From positions 47,864,001-47,928,000 of the forward strand of contig NC_090342.1 in assembly GCF_035084215.1 (NCBI RefSeq): a stretch of DNA of 64,000 nt. Direction: 5' to 3'. Position numbers and translations under genes: made by a program. This DNA comes from Heptranchias perlo. Its lineage: Eukaryota. Of the stretch, positions 46,601 through 59,730 are shown piece after piece. The first letter of the stretch is position 1. Each line of letters opens with the position of its first letter. The notes under the pieces were generated by a model. It ran no database searches, was not told where the DNA came from, and worked only from the letters and a program-made list of their open reading frames with translations.

Positions 46601-47779
46601 TTTTTTTTTACGTTTATGGGATGTGGGCGTCGCTGGCGAGGCCGGCATTTATTGCCCATCCCTAATTGCCCTTGAGAAGGTGGTGGTGAGATGCCTTCCT
46701 GAACCGCTGCAGTCCGTGTGGTGACGGTTCTCCCACAGTGCTGTTAGGAAGGGAGTTCCAGGATTTTGACCCAGCGACGATGAACGAACGGCGATAAATT
46801 TCCAAGTCGGGATGGTGTGTGACTTGGAGGGGAACGTGCAGGCGGTGTTGTTCCCATGTGCCTGCTGCTCTTGTTCTTCTAGGTGGTAGAGGTCGCGGGT
46901 TTGGGAGGTGCTGCCTTGGCGAGTTGCTGCAGTGCATCCTGTGGATGGTACACACTGCAGCCACTGTGCGCCGGTGGTGAAGGGAGTCAATATTTAGGGT
47001 GGTGGATGGGGTGCCAATCAAGCGGGCTGCTTTATCTTGGATGGTGTCGAGCTTCTTGAGTGTCGTTGGAGCTGCACTCATCCAAGCAAGTGGAGAGTAT
47101 TCCATCACACTCCTGACTTGTGCCTTGTAGATGGTGGAAAGGCTTTGGGGAGTCAGGAGGTGAGTCACTCGCCACAGAATACCCAGCCTCTGACCTGCTC
47201 TTGTGGCCACAGTATTTATATGGCTGGTCCAGTTAAGTTTCTGGTCAATGGTGACCCCCAGGATGTTGATGGTGGGGGATTCAGCGATGGAAATGCCGTT
47301 GAATGTCAAGGGGAGGTGGTTAGACTCTCTCTTGTTGGAGATGGTCATTGCCTGGCACTTATCTGGCGCGAATGTTACTTGCCACTTATGAGCCCAAGCC
47401 TGGATGTTGTCCAGGTCTTGCTGCATGTGGGCTCGGACTGCTTCATTATTTGAGGGGTTGCGAATGGAACTGAACACTGTGCAATCATCAACAAACATCC
47501 CCATTTCTGACCTTATGATGGAGGGAAGGTCATTGATGAAGCAGCTGAAGGTGGTTGGGCCGAGGACACTGCCCTGAGGAACTCCTGCAGCAATGTCCTG
47601 GGGCTGAGATGATTGGCCTCCAACAACCACTACCATCTTCCTTTGTGCAAGGTATGACTCCAGCCACTGGAGAGTTTTCCCGCTGATTCCCATTGAATTC
47701 AATTTTACTAGGGCTCCTTGATGCCACACTTGGTCAAATGCTGCCTTGATGCCAAGGGCAGTCACTCTCACCTCACCTC
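46601..47779 (-). mobile_element. 5'-truncated copy of the tRNA-headed LINE
   Basis: ORF 46662-47771 nearly identical to the 6387 copy, with an in-frame 9-bp deletion; T tract at 46601-46609. Confidence 0.95.
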
Positions 47780-48251
47780 GGCACCTTTACACTTCAACGT
47801 GTAGCTTGGTGACTCACCGGATAAATCTCAGCACCATGAAATGTATGCACGCGTGAAGGGAGTTTTAAAAATTAATTCACATGGAGACTGGATGTTGCAG
47901 TCGTTCAGCGAACTGTCTGTTTTTTGCTGAAACAGGTGAGATGGAAACTGCATCTCCCTGACAACTGCTGGTTATGTTGCACTTTTGAAATCATAGCAGC
48001 TTTGTATGTCATGCTCTCCTTCCAGTTGAAGCAAAAAAAGCTTTTCACTGTCTGACCCGTTTGACCTAAAACCAGTTGCGGAGCATTTTTTTTCATGGTG
48101 TTTTTCGCCCTGCTAATTTTCTCTATTTCGCTCCTCTTATCCTGGCAACTTAGGAGTGTGTTTTTTTTTTCCTCCGTTTGCTTTCCAAAATCCGTTGTGG
48201 TATGATACAACAATGAGACTCGTGCGGCACAAAGAAATTTCTATAATACAA

Positions 48252-48678
48252 GTTCGGATGGATGTCGGCGTCGCTGGCAAGGCCAGCATTCATTGCCCAT
48301 CCCTAGTTGCCTTTGAGAAGTTGGTAATGGGCCTTCTTGAACTGCTGCAGTTCTTTGTAACTTTTTTTTTGATACAACTGAGTAGCTTGTTAGGCGACTT
48401 GGTTCAACCACGTTGGTGTGGGACTGAACTCTCATATAGGCCAGACCGGGTACGGTCGTCAGGTTTCCTTCCCTAAAAGGACATTGGTAAACCAGTTGGG
48501 GTTTTACAACAACCTGACAGCTTCATGGTCACGTTTACTGGTACCAGCTTTTTATTTCCAGATTTTTGTTTTCTCAAATTGCCATAGTAGGATTTGAACT
48601 CACATTCTACTGGATTATTAGTCCAGGCCTTTGAATTACTAGTCCAGTAACATAACCACTATGCTACCCTACCCGTAC
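48252..48678 (-). mobile_element. tRNA-derived SINE sharing both 5' head and 3' tail with the LINE at 31143-34282
   Basis: 48373-48669 aligns to 33968-34282 and 48252-48351 aligns to 31153-31258; A box 48656-48666, B box 48590-48601. Confidence 0.88.
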
Positions 48679-50399
48679 AATATACCATACTGCTTAGCCC
48701 AGCTACGGAATCAGTTCATGTTTGTACATTTGCAAATGGAATCAGAGTTGTCCTAGCATCTGGCCCCAACAGCTACTGTATTCAAGAAATAAGTGAACCG
48801 GGATTGAGCGAACTCAGTCCTGTTCATGGGAAGCACAGGGCCATGATTCAAAATTACTGATCATTCATTGAATTGGAAATACATCGTGGAGTGCTCTGAC
48901 ATGAGGCCTTTAGCACGTGAGGGAAGAGTGGAGGGAACTTTGCCTCGATCAGATCTGTGCAGGAGAATCCCTGACCTGGGAGTTCTTGATGGTGCACAGA
49001 ATGAAAGAAGCAGCATTGATATCAATGAACCTTGTATAAGTTCAACCGAGAATTTCACAGGTGAAAAAGTTCTCCTGCCTGCATCACCATTTTGTTTGAA
49101 AAATGCTCTTCAAGAGCTCAGCATTTAGAACTTCTGTTCAACACTGTAGGTCGAACATGATCATACGTACTCAGCAGGGCGTTAACTAGAACCCGATGAG
49201 ACACTTGATAGTCATTTTATTTAACAGATGTAAGTGCAACGAACGCACACACATAAAACTTTAAAAATTATATTCTCTATTACAAGCTTGTTCAGACATT
49301 TTAAATTGTTCTAGTGAAGTGCATGCTGGACCATACCTCCCTCCCACCTTCCTTTCCTTCCCTCCCACTACTTATAGGAGCCAATATACACATCACTAAC
49401 AATTTATATCTACTACTCACCCTCCCATGGCATTGCATGTGGAATTGAGACCAGGTGTAATGTTCTGGTTAGCTGGGTTTACAGTGTGAGTGATAATTGG
49501 ACCGGGGCATGCAGACATAATTCATTCCCATTTTAAAGCCATACATTCAGTCCTTATTTCTATTATAAATTCCTATGTCCATATTTCGAATGGAAACGGC
49601 CTATGTAAACTTGTCATGCTGTAATTACATCCTCCCACCAGGGGAGGCTCTGCAAACAGGAATTTATGATGGAAAAAGGTTGACATAAAAAGTGTGATTA
49701 AAAACTTAGTTAAGTGGTGCAGACAGTGAACGCAGACGCAAGTTATTAATATAAATATTATGGCTTCAGTGAATGTCTAACGAAAGAAATGTCAGTGACA
49801 ATGTTGTGATATTTGTTGTTCAGAGATATATATGTCTCTTCAGTCCAATAAATGTCTCAGATTTGTACAGATGACACATAATTTTGACCAAAGCGGGACT
49901 ATAGAGATATGCACAGAAATACAAACCTGAAGAGGCAGTGAGTTAGTAGCAATTGATTTTATTACAGCAACAAAGTAATCTACAGCCAAGGAGCGAGACT
50001 TTTTTTTAGAAGAACATACTTTTCAACTTTATTTGTTAGTACGCTGCTCAACTGCAATGGTTTTTTTTTAGAAATGTATTTATTTGGTTGGCAAAAGGCC
50101 TGCTGTTTTTGTACAGATTGTGAAGCGTCTGTTACTCTCTGGAGATTTTCCTAGGCTCTCCACCAGCTCAACCTCCCACCTGCCCTCCCCCATAATCAGG
50201 AGCAAGCACTTCACCTCACACGGAGCTGTTGCTTACGTCGATGGGACACGGTTGGCCAAAGGGAGCTCCTCCACTTTCCAGCTCCCAGCTTACTTGTGTG
50301 GGTGTCGAGACGTGGCAAGGAACCCATGTCTCTATTAGCACTGTCCCAGTTACTGGTTAATATGGATGCTTGAGGGGAATAAAATGAATGTAGCACAAG

Positions 50400-51320
50400 G
50401 GTTCACCGGTGGCTGGTTTTAATGGTAAAGTGGCAGCATGGATAGCGGGATGACTGAAGGATTTGAAGTAGGAGTGAAGAGATGTTTCTCAGATTGACAC
50501 GATGTAGCTTGTGTTTTGTCCCAGGGATCTGTATTGGGACCACTTTTCTTACATATGTCCATATAAGAAAGAAAGAAAGAACTTGCATTTATATAGCGCC
50601 TTTCACAACCTCAGGACATCCCAAACCACTTCACAGCCAATTAAGTACTTTTGAAGTGTAGTCACTGTCGTAATGTAGGGAAACTCAGCAGCCAAATTGC
50701 GCACAGCAAGCTTCCACAAACAGCAATGAGATAAATAACCAGATAATCAGTTTTACTGATGTTTGTTGAGAAATAAGTGTTGGCCAGGACACTAGGGAGA
50801 ACTCCCCTGCTCTTCATCGAATAGTGTCACGGGATCTTTTACATCCACCTGAGAGGGCAGACTGGGCCTCGGTTTAACGTTTCATCCATAAGACGGCCCC
50901 TCTGACAGTGCAGCACTCCCTTCGTACTGCACTGAAGTGACTGCCTAGATTATGTACTCAAGTCTCTGGAATGGGACCCACGACCTTCTGATTCAGAGGT
51001 GAGAGAATGCTACCAACTGGGCCAAGGCTGATACATACGTATATCCAAATACATATATGTGTGTGTGTGCATGGTTTGGACATGGTCGTAGAGGGAGTAA
51101 TTTCAAAATTTGCTAATGACATCAAATCAGGTGCATAGGTAGGTTAGAATGGGGAGATATGAGGTGAATACAGTTCAATGTAATAAATGTGAAATAGAAC
51201 ATTTTGAGAAAAACAACAGAGTAGAAATATGACCAAAACAGTGAAACTATCAGGGACATGGAAGAACAAAGTGATATAATAGTACAAATACATAGATCTT
51301 TAAAAGCAAGATTTCAGAGG
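50400..51320 (+). mobile_element. Old CR1 RT fragment split by a SINE
   Basis: gtcccagggatctgtattgggacca (VPQGSVLGP) before and atttcaaaatttgctaatgac (ISKFAND) after the SINE. Confidence 0.6.
50565..51034 (-). mobile_element. Full-length SacSINE1-like SINE
   Basis: Reverse complement of 37096-37548; (AAAG)n tail; possible decayed 16-bp duplication 50550-50565 / 51036-51051 (13/16). Confidence 0.88.
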
Positions 51321-51424
51321 CAGATCACAAAAGGGGCAGTTGTTTTGAAAGATTGCGCATCTTAAACTGATTAAGAAAAGTTTACTGTGTTCCGACTTCG
51401 AGTCCCTAGTAAATTAAGAGAAAA

Positions 51425-51872
51425 GAAAGACTCCTGCTTATATATTGTCACATCCCCAGGCCATCCCAAAGCGGTTTACAATCAATGGATTACTTTTTGA
51501 AGTGCAGTCACTGTTATGTAGGAAACGCTGCAGCCAATTTGTCCACAGCAAGGCCCCACAAACAGCAAATAAATGAATAACCAGGTAATCTGTTTTTTTG
51601 GTGGTGTTGGTTGAGGGTAGAAGGTTGGCCAGGACACCAGGGGAACATCCTTCTCAATTTTGAATAGTGCTGTAGGATCTTTTACATCGACCTGAGCAGG
51701 AAGGCTGGACCTTGGTTTAACATCTCAAACAAAAGGCAGCATCCCTGACATTGCAGTACTCCCTCGGTATTACACTGACATCTCAGCCTGGATTAAGTGG
51801 TAAAATCCTTGAGTGCGGCTTGAACCTCCAACGTTCTGACATGACTGTTACCCACTGAGCTAAGCTGACACC
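51425..51872 (-). mobile_element. Full-length, more diverged SacSINE1-like SINE
   Basis: Colinear with 50565-51034. Confidence 0.8.
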
Positions 51873-51934
51873 CATTCAGGCAGGAGAATGGCCTCATTGG
51901 TATAAGCAGCTAATAGAGATTTTTAAAAATTGTT

Positions 51935-52248
51935 TTATTCTTATTCATTCTAGGGATATGGGCGTCACTAGCAAGGCCCGCATTTATTGCCCATCCCTAG
52001 TTGTCGTTTGAGAAGGCAGTGGTGGGCCTCCTACTTGAACCATTGCAGTCTGTATGGTGAAAGTGCTCCCACAATATTGTTAGGTAGGGAGTTCCAGGAT
52101 TTTGACCCAGCGACGATGAAGAACGGCGATATATGTCCAAGTCAGGATGTTGTGTGACTTGGAGGGAAACTTGGGAAGTTATGGCGTTGCTATGCGCCTG
52201 CTGCCCTTGTCCTTCTCGGTGGTAGAGGTTGCAGGCTTGAGAGGTGCT
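51935..52248 (-). mobile_element. Older 3' fragment of the tRNA-headed LINE family
   Basis: Colinear with 31150-31458. Confidence 0.85.
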
Positions 52249-55200
52249 TTGGTTCTTTGGTTTTAAATTTCCAGTTTAAAACCAAACGTTTCAGGCCGGT
52301 AGTTATAAACCCTACAGAACTACATTCAATTCAGGTCCAAACTGATGGACGGCCAATATAACCATACAAGCACTTCCACTTCTATAATTACTCACGTGAT
52401 GAATTGCTGATTTTTATTTGCGCTTCCTGCGGGAGACTTGTGTGGACGACGGGTGGGATAGAGCAGTGTAAGGAATGGGATGGGGGGGAACGGGGGGAAT
52501 TGCTGAGGTGCTTGTTGGCAGAAGGAACCTTAATTTTTTTTTCCCTTTTGATTTTCTCTCGCCACCCCCGGAGGTGAAGACACCCCCTATTACCTCACCC
52601 AAGCAGCTATTGTTTAAATCTGAGCCTGGATGATGATTGTTGACTGTCCTATCCTGTCCTCTGAGCAGAGTGACTGGCTAGTGATTGGGAGCAGGAACCA
52701 TTATTTCCCCTTCCTGCTGCTTAGCTGTGTGATCAGACTGAACCTGGCTTTTCTGGCTCGGCCTCAAAGCTTCACTTGACCTTTACCCATAAGGCCACTG
52801 GGGCAACTAGGCAATCATCTGTTTTTGAAGGTGACCTGCTATTTGCAAGTAGATTTTTGGAAAGGGATACTGCAACTTGAAAAGCTTTTGCAGTAAAAAA
52901 AATAACGTGCTAAATTTAGCCCTGCTTAAACTGGAACCTTTTTTTTCCCCCCTGAGGTAAATTCAGCAATTTTTTTAAATTTGAAGTCTTAAACGTTACC
53001 CTTTACCAAACAGTGCTCCAGTGTAAAATTGGCAAGAGCACCCTGCCTCCCCCTGCACCCCCCGCCCCCCCCACACACACACACACACAAAGGAATCAGC
53101 GCACGGTTTATATTAGATTATTACCGAGATTTGTTTTAGTGTCATGCTGCCGGAATACGTGATCATGCACCCACACAATGAGCAGCTTGACCGCTGATAT
53201 AAACAGGCCATCTCTGATCCATGTTACAGTGATCCCTGGAATAAATTGCTACCTTGTCACTTTCTGGCTTTTGTTACAAACGGGGCTTTTGAAATTCTGA
53301 ATTGGATCTTTTAACTACTTCTCTCTCTGACTGCTCAGAGCTGCCCCCCCCCCCCACTCCGTGTTTCTGGGATGTTGCGGGGGGTGGGGGGGAGATGATG
53401 CGTAGAGTTGAAATTTTGGTGCAGGCTCTGCAGGAGGCTCGTTGGACCCATCTGCTTCACGCCAGCTGGAAAATAGGACAGTGCCTGGTTTGTGGGAACA
53501 GATGGCCTCTGGGGAATGGGTGGGGGTGGGGAGGGAGAGGGTTTCCCGCTGCAAGTTCCTGTTTAGGGCAAATTAAACCAGATGTGCCCAGAAGAAGCAG
53601 AGTTTACACTAATGAGATTTCATAGAGGTCAAGAACAGGAACTGTCCCTAATTAACCCTTCGAGGTCTACGTTTCCGCAGACATTGGATGCAAAACGTTT
53701 CTCTATCAGCTAATGTTAGAACGTAGCCTAGAAATGCTGGATTAATGCAAACTTAAGGGCTTCTACATAAAGAAGCTACAACTCATTCTCCAAAGCACCA
53801 AACAGCTGATTTTATTTCAATCTATATCCTGGACAAGGAATATTTAAGCTGCATTCTTATAATTTTGTGTAAACTTACAATTAGTACTTGAAGCATAAAG
53901 GAGGAGGTTTAAAGATTTTTCTCATGCAAAGGTTATTAAAAGTATAGAATGAAGTTGCATCAATCACAATGTGTAAGAGAAGATTAGATAAACACTTGAA
54001 GAGAAGTGTTACAATATGGGAAAAAAAGCAGGAGAACAGGATTAAAGTATCTAACTGAATTGGAGCTAATACTGGTGCATGTACAAGGGATAGAATTCCC
54101 CCCTCCCCCTTCCAGGAATAGGAGTAGGCCATTCAGCCCATTGAGCCTGTCCCACTGCTTTGTTAGTCATGCCAGCTCTATCTTTTAAACCACAATTCCT
54201 TACCCTTTTTCCCAAATTACATATTAATCCACTTGCTTCCCAGTAATAACAAATCTCCCTTGATTGATTCTGTATTTATGTCCATTCCACATTCTCACTA
54301 CCCTCAATAATTGGTAATAATTTTCCAAAATTCTCTGGACTCGGCAAAGGTCCCGGCAGATTGGAAAACTGCTAATGTAACACCCTTATTTAAAAAGGGT
54401 AGTAGGCAGAAGGCTGGAAATTATAGGCCAGTTAGCCTAACATCTGTGGTGGGTAAAATTTTGGAATCTATTATTAAGGAGACAGTAGCAGAACATTTGG
54501 ATAAACATAATTTAATAGGACAAAGTCAGCATGGCTTTACGAAGGGGAAGTCATGTCTGACAAATTTGCTTGAGTTCTTTGAGGACATAACGTACAGGGT
54601 GGATAAAGGAGAACCAGTGGATGTAGTGTATTTAGACTTCCAGAAGGCATTCGACAAGGTGCCACATAAAAGATTATTGCTCAAGATAAAGAATCACTGG
54701 ATTGGGGGTAATATTCTGGCATGGGTGGAGGATTGGTTATCTAACAGGAAGCAGAGAGTTGGGATAAATGGTTCATTCTCGAACTGGCAACCAGTAGCCA
54801 GTGGTGTTCCGCAGGGGTCAGTGCTGGGTCCCCAACTCTTTACAATCTATATTAACGATTTGGAGGAGGGGACCGAGTGTAACATATCAAAGTTTGCAGA
54901 TGACACAAAGATGGGAGGGAAAGTAGAGAGTGAGGAGGACATAAAAAACCTGCAGGGTGATATAGACAGGCTGGGTGAGTGGGCGGAGATTTGGCAGATG
55001 CAATACAATATTGGAAAATGTGAGGTTATGCACTTTGGCAGGAAAAACCAGAGAGCAAGTTATTATCTTGATGGCAAGAGACTGGAAAGTACTGCAGTTC
55101 AAAGGGATCTGGGGGTCCCAGTGCAAGAAAATCAAAAAGTTAGTATGCAGGTGCAGCAGGTGATCAAGAAGGCCAACGGAATGTTGGCTTTTATTGCTAG

Positions 55201-55770
55201 GGGGATAGAATATAAAAACAGGGAGGTATTGCTGCAGTTATATAAGGTATTGGTGAGACCGCACCTGGAATACTGCATACAGTTTTGGTGTCCATACTTA
55301 AGAAAAGACATACTTGCTCTCGAGGCAGTACAAAGAAGGTTCACTCGGTTAATCCCGGGGATGAGGGGGCGGACATATGAGGAGAGGTTGAGTAGATTGG
55401 GACTCTACTCATTGGAGTTCAGAAGAATGAGAGGCGATCTTATTGAAACGTATAAGATTGTGAAGGGGCTTGATCGGGTGGATGCGGTAAGGATGTTCCC
55501 AAGGATGGGTGAAACTAGAACTAGGGGGCATAATCTTAGAATAAGGGGCTGCTCTTTCAAAACTGAGATGAGGGGAAACTTCTTCACTCAGAGGGTGGTG
55601 GGTCTGTGGAATTTGCTGCCCCAGGAAGCTGTGGAAGCTACATCATTGAATAAATTCAAAGCAGAAATAGACAGTTTCCTAGAAGTAAAGGGAATTAGGG
55701 GTTACGGGGAGCAGGCAGGAAATTGGACATGAATTTAGATTTGAGGTAGGATCAGATCAGCCATGATCTT

Positions 55771-55983
55771 ATTGTAAACAATTTTACAACACCAAGTTAT
55801 AGTCCAGCAATTTTATTTTAAATTCACAAGCTTTCGGAGATTTTCTCCTTCCTCAGGCAAATGTTTCAAGATCTCCTTGAAGCCTACGCATTGTGAATTT
55901 AAAATAAAATTGCTGGACTATAACTTGGTGTTGTAAAATTGTTTACAATTGTCAACCCCAGTCCATCACCGGCATCTCCACAT
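55771..55983 (+). mobile_element. Short palindromic Penelope-derived element inserted in the CR1 3' UTR
   Basis: Perfect 59-bp inverted arms 55771-55829 and 55891-55949; tail matches the PLE terminus at 62044; catgatcttattg duplicated at 55762-55774 and 55984-55996. Confidence 0.92.
55824..55860 (-). ncRNA. Minimal type I hammerhead ribozyme motif
   Basis: UUGC CUGAGGA A GGAGA-AAA-UCUCC GAAA GC UU GUGA; stem I relies on G-U pairs. Confidence 0.68.
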
Positions 55984-56864
55984 CATGATCTTATTGAATA
56001 GCGGAGCAGGCTCGAAGGGCCGATTGGCCTACTCCTGCTCCTATTTCTTATGTTCTTATGTTCTTATTATGTTTAATGTAAAGCCATATTTTTCTGGATT
56101 TTTTTTTAACTGGCTTGGTTCTGATTTTAAGATTATGTCCCCCTTCTGTGCCAAGATTTTTGTGATAAAATACATGCTGATAATTAATTGCCAGCCAATA
56201 TTATCAGCGTTAAAACTTTTGAAAATCTGAGGAACCATATGACACTTTAAAAGCCCGATGATTCTCCTTGTAGTTTCTTTTATCATTGAATTTATGTTGC
56301 GGCTCCTGTTTTTAAGAGACTGGTTCGGAGTTTCAGGCAGACTCAACTGATTTGTTTGACTGATCTGAACCAGTCCAACTGTTCCATTGGAAGGAAAGGG
56401 ATCTCAGCATTTCAGCCCTGCCATGGAGCCAAGAGTTAAAGTGACCTGGGGCCAGAGATCGTGTGGGAGCTGAGCAATGCCAGATTACCACATACTGTCA
56501 TGTGTAAGTGAGAAGCAATCAACAGCTTACTTCACCAGTGAAATGAATATGGCGAAAATATACTTATCTCAGCAAATTGTTTCTATCAGATTGAGTAAGT
56601 TGATGAACATAATGAAATTGAGCCAAATCTGTGGTGAAATACTTTTAAAGGAGAAGAATGGTTTGAATTTGGCCTAAGGCTGTTTAAGCTCGACATATTA
56701 TTTGAGTGCTTATTCTTAGCATTTCCCAGCAGCAGGGCCCCTTTTTATTGGAAATCCTGAGATTTATTTTGTTTTCTCCTTTACTCCTAATTCCAAATAA
56801 CAGACCTGATAACGTCAGGAGAAATTGGATAAAGTGTTTGTTTCCTTCGTTCTAACAAAATTAC

Positions 56865-57182
56865 TTTGAGTCAAAAAGTTGTGGGTTCAAGCCCCTCTGC
56901 AAGATCCATAATCTAGTGGTTCAGGTGCATGTTAAAGATCCCACGGCAGAATTTGAAGAAGAGTTGGGAGTTCTCCTGGTGTCCAGGCTAAATTTCTTCC
57001 CTGACCAGCTCCACCAAAAATAAACTGGTCAGTCATCTCATTGCTGTTTCTGAGCTCTTGCTGCATGCAAAATGGCTGTCGGATTATTCTACTTAATAGT
57101 CACTGCACTTCAAGGTAATTCACTGTGCGAAGCATTATGAGATGTTTCTGAGAGATGTGACACGATACTCTATTAATGCAAT
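56865..57182 (+). mobile_element. Diverged SacSINE1-like SINE with internal deletion
   Basis: gagtcaaaaagttgtgggttcaagccc head; aaagatcccacggca central block; ttaatgcaa tail. Confidence 0.7.
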
Positions 57183-57213
57183 TCTGCATTTGTTACAAAT
57201 TGTCCAGGCATCA

Positions 57214-58396
57214 AATCATAGAATCATAGAAGTTTACAACATGGAAACAGGCCCTTCGGCCCAACATGTCCATGTCGCCCAGTTTATACCACTACGCTAG
57301 TCCCAGTTGCCTGCTTTTGGCCCATATCCCTCTATACCCATCTTACCCATGTAACTGTCCAAATGCTTTTTAAAAGACAAAATTGTACCCGCCTCTACTA
57401 CTGCCTCTGGCAGCTCGTTCCAGACACTCATCACCCTTTGAGTGAAAAAATTGCCCCTCTGGACCCTTTTGTATCTCTCCCCTCTCACCTTAAATCTATG
57501 CCCCCTCGTTATAGACTCCCCTACCTTTGGGAAAAGATTTTGACTATCAACCTTATCTATGCCCCTCATTATTTTATAGACTTCTATAAGATCCCCCCGA
57601 AACCTCCTACTCTCCAGGGAAAAAAGTCTCAGCCTATCCAACCTCTCCCTATAAGTCAAACCATCAAGTCCCGGTAGCATCCTAGTAAATTTTTTCTGCA
57701 CTCTTTCTAGTTTAATAATATCCTTTCTATAATAGGGTGACCAGAACTGTACACAGTATTCCAAGTGTGGCCTTACTAATGTCTTGTACAACTTCAACAA
57801 GACATCCCAACTCCTGTATTCAATGTTCTGACCAATGAAACCAAGCATGCTGAATGCCTTCTTCACCACCCTATCCACCTGTGACTCCACTTTCAAGGAG
57901 CTATGAACCTGTACTCCCAGATCTCTTTGTTCTATAACTCTCCCCAACACCCTACCATTAACGGAGTAGGTCCTGGCCCGATTCGATCTACCAAAATGCA
58001 TCACCTCACATTTATCTAAATTAAACTCCATCTGCCATTCATCGGCCCACTGGCCCAATTTATCAAGATCCCGTTGCAATCCTAGATAACCTTCTTCACT
58101 GTCCACAACGCCACCAATCTTGGTGTCATCTGCAAACTTACTAACCATGCCTCCTAAATTCTCATCCAAATCATTAATATAAATAACAAATAACAGCGGA
58201 CCCAGCACCGATCCCTGAGGCACACTGCTGGTCACAGGCCTCCAGTTTGAAAAACAACCCTCTACAACCACCCTCTGTCTTCTGCCGTCAATCCAATTTT
58301 GTATCCAATTGGCTACCTCACCTTGGATCCCGTGAGATCTAACCTTATGTAACAACCTACCATGCGGTACCTTATCAAAGGCTTTGCTAAAGTCAC
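57214..58396 (-). mobile_element. Young 5'-truncated CR1 with uninterrupted RT ORF
   Basis: ORF 57297-58400 DFSKAFDKVPH..VPQGSVLGP..FADD; same subfamily as 29102. Confidence 0.96.
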
Positions 58397-58789
58397 CCAT
58401 GCTTTAGTGATACTTGCTCTGATTTATGCCTCTATTTTAAGAAATTTGATTTCTTTTAGTTGCATTTTATAAAGTTGTACAACTATCTGCCCTTCTATAA
58501 CGAGCACATCATTCTTTGCTTACAACTGAAGCATTTGTTTTTTGAATTGATGGTGCTAATGCAGTCTCAAATCCTGTTCAAAGGAGAAAATTGTTGAATA
58601 AACTAGCAATTCAGCTTCTGTTTGCCACTTAACCAGAGTAAACTTGGATTAAATGAAACACATTTTGTATGTGAATAATATTCACCCTGAATGAACTTGC
58701 ATGTGGGTGCCAGAATGACGATGCTCAGTCCAATTTCTGAAATTTTGGTGGTCAGAAAAAGTACTTGTCACCACCTGTCTCCTATCGTC

Positions 58790-59290
58790 CAACACCATTT
58801 CTGCCTACTTGTCAACGGCCTTTGGTACTTCACCTGATTGGCTATTCTAAATATGTGAGACTGGAGAGGAAGAGTTGACAGGCAATTTGTTTGGTGAGGG
58901 GGATGATCAGCATAGCCGAGCCTAATCCTGCCCTCACCCAACATCCACATGCACCTTCCAACAGGGGTCACTGGATAGTGATTGGAAGTGGGACCCCTTT
59001 CTGAAAGTTAATTTGCCATTTTAATCTAAGGTAGTAGAGGAACCTGCTCACCCAGTGACCTGATGAAATGGTCCAGTCAGTAGCTAAGCCAGACAGACCA
59101 CAAAGGTTCCAGGAGCAATTGGTGGTCTGTGTTGAGTTACAGTTCGCCTCAGCAACCTTGGGGCTGGGAGGATTTCTGTTCCTGATTGCCATCCAGAAGC
59201 CCCTGTTGGAAGAACCCGTGTGGCCGTTGAGTGAGGAAAGGTTCAGGTGGGCTGTGATGCCTCCCACATTAAATACCACAATACTCACCG
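58790..59290. mobile_element. Two fragments of the ancient tRNA-type SINE in opposite orientations
   Basis: - copy at about 58790-59000 (ttgacaggcaatttg..agccgagcctaatcctg..gggtcactgga); + copy at about 59080-59290. Confidence 0.4.
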
Positions 59291-59730
59291 TTCTGACTCA
59301 AACACGGGCATAATGGCCACTAGGCCAAAGGTGCCCGAGGGATCAGTGCCCATCAAACCAGCACGAGGCAAGACCTTCAGGAGAGAAGGAAGAGGAAATA
59401 CAGTAAGAAAAAGAACTCAGTGAAGGACAGCAGCTAGTAAATTTTTTAGAAACCTAACATAAATAACGGAATGGAAGTAGAGCAGGTCATATATTTTTCT
59501 TTCATTGACTTGAATGTTGTTCTAGTCACTTCCCAAAAGGGCTTATTTTTTTGTATGTTTATAGAATTCAGCAGCAGCTGAACCAAGAGTAAATTGAAGC
59601 TGCTGTTCACTACGATAAACAAAGTACACCTGAAAATTTAAACTGCGCTCTCTAAAGTCACCACAAGGAGTAATTCTTAATTTTATCAAATCTTTGAGTT
59701 CAGCCAACTAGAAATTGTAGCTCTGTTGTA

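Larger units (their letters stand above)
54309..56070 (+). mobile_element. Young 5'-truncated CR1 with uninterrupted 473-codon RT ORF
   Basis: NYRPVSLTS, QHGF, LDFQKAFDKVPH, GVPQGSVLGP, FADD; (TTCTTATG)n tail. Confidence 0.96.
54115..56150 (-). mobile_element. Old CR1 3' fragment acting as host for a young + strand CR1
   Basis: Tail ggagtaggccattcagccc at 54121; breaks at ccctcaat (54308) and resumes aatgtaaag..ttttaagattatgtcc at 56075. Confidence 0.6.

Noticed and set aside
48780-49010. Possible LF-SINE-like ancient repeat (also about 26110-26520) and the 86-aa ORF at 48868
   Set aside because: Similarity too faint to assign by eye; the ORF has no recognisable motif.
49909-49943. ATG..donor first-exon candidates (MHRNTNLKR here; MPDYHILSC at 56477-56503)
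   Set aside because: An ATG shortly before GTRAGT is expected many times by chance in 64 kb; no independent support.
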